Below are positions 1 through 6,871 of a stretch of DNA of 64,000 nucleotides, in pieces (the first letter of the stretch is position 1; the number at the start of each line of letters is the position of its first letter). Location of the stretch: NCBI GenBank assembly GCA_030638575.1, contig DAOWEJ010000014.1, forward strand, positions 5,041 through 69,040, given 5' to 3'. Below the pieces are notes generated by a model. It had not been told where the DNA came from, searched no databases, and saw only the letters and a program-made list of their open reading frames with translations. The translations under genes and the position numbers were made by a program. The DNA is from Deltaproteobacteria bacterium. Its GTDB lineage: Bacteria > Desulfobacterota > Desulfobacteria > Desulfobacterales > JAUWMJ01.

Positions 1-165
1 TTCACCTACAACATTGCTGCGCGATTTTGTCTCACATCGGGTTACTTTTTTAAAACCTGCCTCCCCCTTAACCGCCCGTTCCCATGTTTTTTCAAAGGTT
101 TTTCCAAGGGGTGTGGCTGCGCCGTACCCGATAACAAAAACGCGTCTATTTTTTGGTGCCTTCAT
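1..165 (-). CDS. beta-ketoacyl-ACP synthase, N-terminal fragment (gene continues beyond window start)
   Basis: Reverse-strand ATG at 165-163 translates to MKAPKNRRVFVIGYGAATPLGKTFEKTWERAVKGEAGF..., a typical KAS N-terminus. It is missing from the ORF track because the window edge truncates it. Confidence 0.7.
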   Translation of the reverse strand, partial: MKAPKNRRVFVIGYGAATPLGKTFEKTWERAVKGEAGFKKVTRCETKSRSNVVGE

Positions 166-185
166 AAATTGCCTGATCTTATTTC

Positions 186-454
186 TTGATGAGCAGCCCT
201 TCGGGCTTTGACGAGCGTCCCTTCGGGACTTGATGAGCACTACGTTTGAGGAGCGCTACGCTTAAAGAGCACTACGTTTGAGGAGCGCTACGCTTTAGGC
301 CTTAAATCCGCCGCAGGCGGATGCTCCTCAAGGCCGCTTGTCACGGCGTAGCCAGAGGCGAAGCCTGGAAGGTCGCTCATCAAGTCCCGAAGGGACACTC
401 GTCAAAGCCCGAAGGGCTGCTCCTCAAACGAAGTGCTCCTCAAGCGAAGCGCTC
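186..454. repeat. About 270-bp imperfect palindrome built of GAGC...TTGAG mini-hairpin modules (copy 1 of 3)
   Basis: 191-237 is the near-perfect reverse complement of 377-424. The interior holds tandem units gagcactacgtttgag/gagcgctacgcttaaa and a central hairpin tccgccgcaggcgga. Related arrays lie at 10052-10236 and 59062-59226. Confidence 0.85.
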
Positions 455-466
455 GGTTTTTCCGTG

Positions 467-1729
467 TTATGCTGTTCTGCGGAAAACAATACATGAGTTA
501 CAGCCGCCAAACCCGAAAGAATTTTTAAGCACATATTCCTGATCATGACTGCGCGCACCTTCAGGCACACAATCTAAAACCATATCCGGGTCCGGTGTAT
601 AATTTATTGTCGGAAGCAAAGTGCTTTTTTGCATTCCCTCCATTGCAAAAATCGATTCGATTGCACTCGAAGCTCCCATTGCATGACCTATAAGTGATTT
701 ATTTGCACTTACCGGAGGCATATCATTTCCGAATACCGCTTTCAAGGCATCAAATTCAACTTTATCGCCGACTTTCGTAGATGTGCCGTGTGCATTTACT
801 GCATCAATATCATCAGGGGTTATGCCTGCATTGTCAATACTTTCAACGATACACCTTTTTACGGTCTCAAAATTCGGAGCCACAAAGTGGTGGGCATCTG
901 AAGTCATGGACCAGCCGGCAATTTCCGTATTGTAATTCAGTCCGTGGGAATCGGCAAATTCTTTTGTGGTGATAATAATGCTCCCTGCTCCTTCTGAGAT
1001 TACAAAGCCTCTCCTGTCAACCGAAAATGGACGACTGGCCCTTGCTGCAGGTTCTTCGGCCTGACCAGGTTTAGGGCTGTATGTACCGTTCATGGTGGCA
1101 AATCCGGCCACGATGGGCTCAACAAGTGCAAAATCAACAGCACCGCAGAGGACTACATCGGCCCGGCCCTGCTCCATCAACATGGCACCGATAATCATTG
1201 AAGTAACACCGGTTGCACATGCTGTAATGGTTGAAGTGATAGGACCTGTGGCATTTGTTAAAATTGATATTTTCCCACCGATCATATTTATACATGAATT
1301 GGGATTTGTAAAAGGATGGGGCAGTTTGCCTTCTGAAATCATGAGCCGGTCTGCTTTTAAAACAGCATCCTGGCCCCCCACCGCTGAACTGAAAGTAATC
1401 GCAACTCTTGGAGACAGATCAGATGTGATTTCTATTTTGCTCTTTTCAAGTGCACGGTGCACAACCAGCATAGCATATTTAAAAATCGGGGAGGTCCATT
1501 GTGCCAGCTTGCGCGCACTTAGAAAAGGGTAGGGTGTTGTGTCGATATCGTCAACCTGGCCTGCAATGCGGACGGGAAAATCTTTATCTACCGGGAACCG
1601 TGTCAGATTACCGATTCCGCTTTCACCTCTGACTGCACGCGACCATTGGGTTTGAATATCAGCTCCCAAAGGTGAAACTGCATCATATCCGACAATTACC
1701 GCTTTTTTAGATGACATATTACTTACCAC
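467..1729 (-). CDS. beta-ketoacyl-ACP synthase (KAS I/II type)
   Basis: 420-aa ORF with active-site Cys motif ACATGVTS, His motifs NAHGTSTKVGD and GHAMGASSAIE, and C-terminal NSFGFGGCN. Confidence 0.9.
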   Translation of the reverse strand: MVSNMSSKKAVIVGYDAVSPLGADIQTQWSRAVRGESGIGNLTRFPVDKDFPVRIAGQVDDIDTTPYPFLSARKLAQWTSPIFKYAMLVVHRALEKSKIEITSDLSPRVAITFSSAVGGQDAVLKADRLMISEGKLPHPFTNPNSCINMIGGKISILTNATGPITSTITACATGVTSMIIGAMLMEQGRADVVLCGAVDFALVEPIVAGFATMNGTYSPKPGQAEEPAARASRPFSVDRRGFVISEGAGSIIITTKEFADSHGLNYNTEIAGWSMTSDAHHFVAPNFETVKRCIVESIDNAGITPDDIDAVNAHGTSTKVGDKVEFDALKAVFGNDMPPVSANKSLIGHAMGASSAIESIFAMEGMQKSTLLPTINYTPDPDMVLDCVPEGARSHDQEYVLKNSFGFGGCNSCIVFRRTA

Positions 1730-2811
1730 GGGATAAACTGATACAGCTTGGCAAACATCTCGTAAACCTCAATCCAGTTTTGCATATCCTTGGGTGTGCG
1801 GATGTGAGCCCGCTTGTTCACCATTACCCAGCTCATATGAGCAGCCCCGTCTTTGCAGGTTGAACAATTTCTGGTTGCCGAAGTGCAGCACCGATGCATT
1901 GTTTTAAGATCAGACGCCCACCGGATAAATTCTATCAGCCTTTTCGGCTGAGGATTTCTTTTATCCAGCGGCTGTGTGACTGAAGGGCATTCCATCCATC
2001 CGAATTTACGCCCAAGCATTCTTCCCGTGGTAATTATTTCATGATAATATTTAGACGATATAACGGTATCGGGATACTGATCGAGCATGTCATCCATTTC
2101 CGCCCGCAGATCCTTTAGCTCCTCGGGCTTCCAGAAAAAGCCGTCAACACCTTCATCATTGGAAAGAAGCTGCATATGCACTTTAAGGCCTGCATCACTT
2201 ATCTTCTTTATAATTCGTTGGGTCTTGCCTATCTGTTTCGGGGTAATTGTATAAAGGTAATAAGTATAAGGATCACCTTCATAATTTTTGCTGGAAATGG
2301 CAAAGGTATCCTTTCCCCTTAAAACCTTTTCATCTTCTTCATCCCCCCACAAAGAAATCCCCACCATCATATCCGGAAACCTGTCTCTTGGAACCTTGAT
2401 CAGGCCGTTTGTTGCACAAAATGTAGGAAGCTGTTTATAAAACGCCTCCACCCGGTCTAAACAGAGAGTCGGCTCTCCGCCGATGAGTATTGCAAGGTTA
2501 ACCCCACGCTCCTTTTCCCTGTCGATAAACCCTTCCCATTTTTTAATACCCATCTCTTCGACGGCAGCTTTATGCTCCCCGGAGGAAAAAAAGAAACAGC
2601 CCTGGCAACGCAGGTTGCACCTGTTTGTTACATCATAAATCGAACTTCGTATATTAAGCTTCGATATTCTTTTATATCGCTGATACCAATTATCATCGAG
2701 CAGGGAACTGACGGTTTTCATTAATACACTCCTTGAGACCTTTGCAAAACGCCACTTTTCGAAGTCTGCGCTTATCTGCCCAATTTCTTTGTCAGGCTCA
2801 AATTTTGGCAC
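1723..2811 (-). CDS. radical SAM protein (paralog 1) with C-terminal Cys cluster
   Basis: CNLRCQGC (CX3CX2C) near residue 65; C-terminal CCTSATRNCSTC; GTG start. Paralogous to 3073-4176. The first ~26 codons lie in a sequence duplicated at 29185-29357. Confidence 0.85.
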   Translation of the reverse strand: MPKFEPDKEIGQISADFEKWRFAKVSRSVLMKTVSSLLDDNWYQRYKRISKLNIRSSIYDVTNRCNLRCQGCFFFSSGEHKAAVEEMGIKKWEGFIDREKERGVNLAILIGGEPTLCLDRVEAFYKQLPTFCATNGLIKVPRDRFPDMMVGISLWGDEEDEKVLRGKDTFAISSKNYEGDPYTYYLYTITPKQIGKTQRIIKKISDAGLKVHMQLLSNDEGVDGFFWKPEELKDLRAEMDDMLDQYPDTVISSKYYHEIITTGRMLGRKFGWMECPSVTQPLDKRNPQPKRLIEFIRWASDLKTMHRCCTSATRNCSTCKDGAAHMSWVMVNKRAHIRTPKDMQNWIEVYEMFAKLYQFIPW

Positions 2812-2965
2812 GCAGTGAAGCTTTAGCGCTATCCTCGATCCGCCTCAGGCGGACCTGTGGTTAATCCGCCTGAGGCGGATCGCATTCCTTGAACTTGAAC
2901 CCCGGTTAAATATAAAAAAGATTTAACAGGGCAGGCAAAAATCAGCATTTTTCAAAGGTCTCTCC
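2733..2965. repeat. Repeat shared with 29185-29357; covers the 5' end and upstream region of the radical SAM gene
   Basis: Shared strings: ttgagRcctttgcaaaacg, gcccaatYtctYtgtStggctcaRattttggcac, agtgaagctttagcgctatcctcga, cctgtggtta, ccttgaMcttgaac, catttttcaaaggtctct. Confidence 0.8.
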
Positions 2966-2999
2966 TTAATTACAAAAGAGAATCTAAAATGCTTGTTCT

Positions 3000-3061
3000 A
3001 ACCACAAGGTCACAAAGAAAAACAAATATAGAATCTCTGTGACTCTGTGTGCTCTGTGGTT
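3000..3061. repeat. Empty palindromic element with CACNAAG-type arms
   Basis: aaccacaaggtcacaaag ... ctgtgtgctctgtggtt inverted arms with a 20-nt AT-rich centre. Confidence 0.7.
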
Positions 3062-3072
3062 AATAATTTTAT

Positions 3073-4176
3073 TTATGAATCAAAAACCTCATGCCCGGGA
3101 GGCGCTACAAAATAATCACTAAGATTTTTACCCTTCTCATATCCCATGACCCATACTGCCAGGTAAGTGTCTACATAGTCCAGCCAGGCCTTAAACGTCT
3201 CAGGGTTGGTGGCATGCCTGAACAGCCTGGCAGTTACAACTGCACTCCCCGCAGCATAATGCCTGCAATCAACGCAGTCTGTATCCGGAACACAGCATGC
3301 TGCACTTCTGTCCCAGGTAAGATCCGTCCGATACTGTCTGAAAGAACGGCCCAGGCCGATTGCTGTGGATGGATTCATCCTAGGATACGAGCAGGAATAA
3401 ATGTCATGCAACCCTAATTTGTGAGTATGTGCCACAGCGCTGTAATGTGAAAACAAAGTATTATCGGGATATTTTAAAAGAAGCTCCACCATTGTTTTAC
3501 GGGTGCGGGCGAGGGATTCTTCATTATGTCGCAGGTCTCCTTCATACCCAACAGGGGCGGAAAACATGTTAAAGGTTATCTTGCATCCATGTTCGGCAAG
3601 GGTTTTTGTTACTTCATCAACTTCGTCGATATTGTCTTTGGTAAAAGTATATACAAATACGGCCCTGGGATCGCTCTTATAATTATCAATCTGCCTTAAG
3701 AGCAGATTCTTTGCATTTCGGACTTTAAGGCTTGTTTCGTCATTTCCCCAGACTGATATGTGTATTTTGTAAACAACGGACTCAGATATGAATTTTAAAC
3801 CATTGGATGCAATAGCTCCAAGGGGCATTTCCTCATAGCAGACTTCACAAAGCTCAGGGACTAAAGAGGGTTCGGCTCCGGCAAGAACAACATAGGTTAT
3901 TCCCCTTTCTTTCTCTTTTCTCATGAGATTGCGCCATGCTTTAATATCTTTATTGTCCTTGGCAAACTGTTTGTCACCTTCATAATAATAGCACCCGTCA
4001 CATTTTATATTGCATCGATGGGTCATGTCATAGGTTGACTCACGCAGGAAAAAGTATTTTCGTACCTTTTCCCATCTTTCCCCTATTTCGGGATCTGCTA
4101 TAATGTCTGAAAACTTCCACTGCTTTTCAGCCGGGTCTGGCTCAACACAGGCCTTTTTAACCTTTTCAGTGCTCAC
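3073..4176 (-). CDS. radical SAM protein (paralog 2) with C-terminal Cys cluster
   Basis: CNIKCDGC (CX3CX2C); C-terminal CCVPDTDCVDC. Collinear similarity to 1723-2811 (GAEPSL/GGEPTL, SVWGNDE/SLWGDEE). Confidence 0.85.
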   Translation of the reverse strand: MSTEKVKKACVEPDPAEKQWKFSDIIADPEIGERWEKVRKYFFLRESTYDMTHRCNIKCDGCYYYEGDKQFAKDNKDIKAWRNLMRKEKERGITYVVLAGAEPSLVPELCEVCYEEMPLGAIASNGLKFISESVVYKIHISVWGNDETSLKVRNAKNLLLRQIDNYKSDPRAVFVYTFTKDNIDEVDEVTKTLAEHGCKITFNMFSAPVGYEGDLRHNEESLARTRKTMVELLLKYPDNTLFSHYSAVAHTHKLGLHDIYSCSYPRMNPSTAIGLGRSFRQYRTDLTWDRSAACCVPDTDCVDCRHYAAGSAVVTARLFRHATNPETFKAWLDYVDTYLAVWVMGYEKGKNLSDYFVAPPGHEVFDS

Positions 4177-4214
4177 TTCATACTCTCCAATAGGAAACGT
4201 TGAAACATTATAAT

Positions 4215-4255
4215 TTGATGAATTCGTAAAAAGTCCGATTTTTACGAGACTGTCA
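4215..4255. repeat. Minimal member of the TGATG-N3-TCGTAAAAAGTC terminal-inverted-repeat family
   Basis: ttgatgaattcgtaaaaagtc cgatttttacgagactgtca. Confidence 0.7.
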
Positions 4256-4341
4256 TAATATATCTGTATAATCCGTGTTCCATTTGTAAAATAGTTAGAA
4301 TATCAAATTTGACCGCCGGATTCAATTATAAAAATAAAATA

Positions 4342-4602
4342 TTACAATTTTCCTTCAACATATTTCGCAATCAGACGGATCGTGGTTAGTTTCGGATAAT
4401 CGTCTTCATCGATTTTCATTCCGTATTTGTCCTGAAGAACAAGGGCAACGGTAGCCAGATCCATACTGTCAATACCGACTTCATCTATAAGGTCGATATC
4501 AGGGTCGAATGTCTCCGGCGTTACATCTTCCAGCTTAAGTTCATTAATCATTATCTTAGCTATATTAATGATAATTTCTTGCGTATCTGTGGATACAGAC
4601 AT
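4342..4602 (-). CDS. acyl carrier protein
   Basis: 86 aa with phosphopantetheine site GIDSMDLATV; acidic helical protein. Confidence 0.9.
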   Translation of the reverse strand: MSVSTDTQEIIINIAKIMINELKLEDVTPETFDPDIDLIDEVGIDSMDLATVALVLQDKYGMKIDEDDYPKLTTIRLIAKYVEGKL

Positions 4603-4646
4603 TTTTTTTCCTCCTTAAAACTAAATATTTATGAATCCAAGAAAAT

Positions 4647-4724
4647 TTGATGCCATCGTAAAAAGTCAATAAAGAACTTTTTACAAAACGTTTTAGGTTT
4701 TAGGTGTTAAGTATTAAGTATTTG
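4647..4724. repeat. Hairpin repeat, second copy at 50683-50760
   Basis: cgtaaaaagtca...ttttacRaaacgttttaRgttttaggWKttaagtWttaagtat is present in both copies. Confidence 0.75.
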
Positions 4725-4768
4725 ATAAAACGGTTAATTGCTTTAACATAATCCCGCCTGGGCGGCAC

Positions 4769-5126
4769 TGATGAATTCGACTTTTTACTTAGTACACATA
4801 TTCTTAAATACGATTACGTATAATGTTTTATTTTCACCGCAGAGCCGCAAAGCACGCAAAGAATTATTTTTATATTGCTTTCCGCTGAGAGGGAGGAAAG
4901 CAATAAAGAATTCATCCCTACGGGAAAAAATAATTTTATATAAAAACATACAGTTGTAACAAAATAAGCGTTGATTGATTTTTCTTTGCCGTCCTCTCAA
5001 CGGCAAAGAAAAAAACTTCTAACTTTGCGTGCTCAGCGTCTTGAGCGAAGTCCCGTTAGGCGGGACAAGCCGGGCGGTGAAAGAAATCTATATAAAATAC
5101 GTTATCGAATTAACGAATTAGAGCAC
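4769..5126. repeat. About 360-bp composite nested-palindrome element, copy 1 (copy 2 at 27136-27527)
   Basis: About 90 percent identity by eye to 27136-27527. Outer arms are caccgcagagccgcaaagcacgcaaag / ctttgcgtgct...ggcggtgaaa. Inner hairpins are ctttgccg..cggcaaag and ttgctttcc..ggaaagcaa. Confidence 0.9.
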
Positions 5127-5519
5127 TTAGCCATCAGCTTCTTTTGTGATCATAATGCCGCTGCAAGCAAGTTCGCTGTCAACCATTATTTTAAATGAAT
5201 AAGAGTTGTTGTCTTCATCTTTAGGTATTGCAATAATTTGTATCTTATCGTCGGGCCTTATAATCTGTTTGAACTTTACCCTCTTAACCTGTGAAATTTT
5301 CAAATTTTTACCACATGCCTGCTTTATTGCATCAAAAACCATCCCAAGCTGGGCAACTCCCGGAAAAATCGGCTCGCCTGGAAAATGCCCTGAAAACCAT
5401 GGTGATTCCGGTGCCGCTTTGGCGTCTGCAGTAATCTCATTTGAAGACTTACTTATATTCGCCAGAGAATACCATTTTTCCTGCTGGGGCGTGGATATAT
5501 CCTGACCATCATTTTTCAT
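5127..5519 (-). CDS. FabZ/FabA-like 3-hydroxyacyl-ACP dehydratase (hotdog fold)
   Basis: Motif FSGHFPGEPIFPGVAQLGM. The likely start ATG at 5519 forms an ATGA overlap with the stop of the upstream radical SAM gene. Confidence 0.85.
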   Translation of the reverse strand: MKNDGQDISTPQQEKWYSLANISKSSNEITADAKAAPESPWFSGHFPGEPIFPGVAQLGMVFDAIKQACGKNLKISQVKRVKFKQIIRPDDKIQIIAIPKDEDNNSYSFKIMVDSELACSGIMITKEADG

Positions 5520-6865
5520 CGAACTAAATACTCCCACAGAGGGCCATAATGCCCGCGGTCGTACATCCTTGAAATATTTTTAGCTGTTTCTTCACCGCCT
5601 GCTCCGATTATCCAGTTTATACGTCCTTTTGCATGTTCTTCAACGCAACTGATAATATCTTCCCTGCTTATCGATTTAGACTGGTAAAAAACAGGTTTAA
5701 GTATATTCTGGGTTTTCGATATCTGCCCCTCTAATACAGCAATGTCATAAAGTGCTGTGTATGGATATATTCGCATACCGCAGAAAAAAAATAGAACGGT
5801 TTTATCCAGTTTGTCAATATTTGAAAGGGTTTCATTCAGCGAATCGGCATTTTCTCCGGGACCTCCCAGGAGAAAATAATGTGCGGCATGCAGGCCTGCA
5901 TCATTTGCAAATTTATGTGCATCAAAGACATCGCTTTTTCTAAACGGTTTCCGGTAAGATACCAGCATATCCCTGGACAAAGATTCAGTGCCGAATTCAA
6001 CATGGGTAAGCCCCGCATCGGCCATTATACGATAGTAATCTTTGGGAGGGCTTGTTGGTGAAAAAAAAGCTCCCCATGGAATAGAAACCTTCGATTTTAT
6101 AAATGCACGCGCAACTTCAATACTGTGGGAATAATCCGAGTTAAATACCGAATCAGTGATAAAAAAATATTTTGCCCCTGCTTTCTGAAGCTCTAATGCC
6201 GTATTTGCGACCTCTTCGGGAGGGATTAGTCTTAGTTTGCTCCCTTCAATATGGGGATAAGTGCAATAAATACATTTATAATTGCATCCCCGCTTGGTTT
6301 GAAGATTAAGCATTCCTCCTTTTTTAAGGTAAAAGTCAATATGGGAATTATTTGTATCGATTTTTCTACAAAACGATTTCTCCCATGGTTTGGGTATTTG
6401 TGCTTTGTTTCCCCTGGTAATTACTCCGGGAATACCGGATACATCTTCCTTTCTTTCGAGAGCATTAAGAAGGAGGGAGAACCTTTCTCCTTCGCCTATT
6501 ATGCCGTAATCTGCTTTCACAGCTTCTAAAATTTCAGTAGGAAATATTGTAAAACCGCTTCCTCCCAAAACCACCGGTGCTTTTGAATGGTTTCTGATAG
6601 ACTCTACAACTTTCTGATAAGTACCGATAAAACCTTTTGGGTCGATGGTATCCGCTGTATCAATGTTTCGAATAGAAACCCCGACAATATCGGGCAGCAT
6701 GCTATTTATTACTTCCTTTATTTCATCATAATTTTTAAAATCATTCAGATCGAATATTTTAACCTGATGGTTTTCTGAAATAGCATCAGCGACATAATCA
6801 AGTCCCAGCGGATATACCGGGTAAGGATAGGTTAAAGTATTTGCCGAAATAAGTAAAACCTTCAT
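5516..6865 (-). CDS. B12-binding-domain radical SAM protein (class B)
   Basis: N-terminal Rossmann-like MKVLLISANT...GLDYVA, then KRGCNYKCIYCTY (CX3CX2C). Confidence 0.85.
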   Translation of the reverse strand: MKVLLISANTLTYPYPVYPLGLDYVADAISENHQVKIFDLNDFKNYDEIKEVINSMLPDIVGVSIRNIDTADTIDPKGFIGTYQKVVESIRNHSKAPVVLGGSGFTIFPTEILEAVKADYGIIGEGERFSLLLNALERKEDVSGIPGVITRGNKAQIPKPWEKSFCRKIDTNNSHIDFYLKKGGMLNLQTKRGCNYKCIYCTYPHIEGSKLRLIPPEEVANTALELQKAGAKYFFITDSVFNSDYSHSIEVARAFIKSKVSIPWGAFFSPTSPPKDYYRIMADAGLTHVEFGTESLSRDMLVSYRKPFRKSDVFDAHKFANDAGLHAAHYFLLGGPGENADSLNETLSNIDKLDKTVLFFFCGMRIYPYTALYDIAVLEGQISKTQNILKPVFYQSKSISREDIISCVEEHAKGRINWIIGAGGEETAKNISRMYDRGHYGPLWEYLVR

Positions 6866-6871
6866 AATAAT

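Noticed and set aside
186-454. The GAGC...TTGAG module arrays considered as a CRISPR-like or protein-coding feature (ORF-track 14-211, 321-542, 9886-10209, 58815-59192).
   Set aside because: The modules are 16-28 nt, with constant parts too short for CRISPR repeats. The ORFs crossing them are low-complexity translations of palindromes and differ between copies.
1092-1532. Long antisense ORFs inside well-supported genes (for example 1092-1532, 15107-15373, 18897-19313, 20074-20409, 35085-35609, 54074-54547, 21303-21755).
   Set aside because: Each lies fully within, and opposite to, a gene with clear family motifs. They have no RBS, motif or independent support, so they are shadow ORFs.
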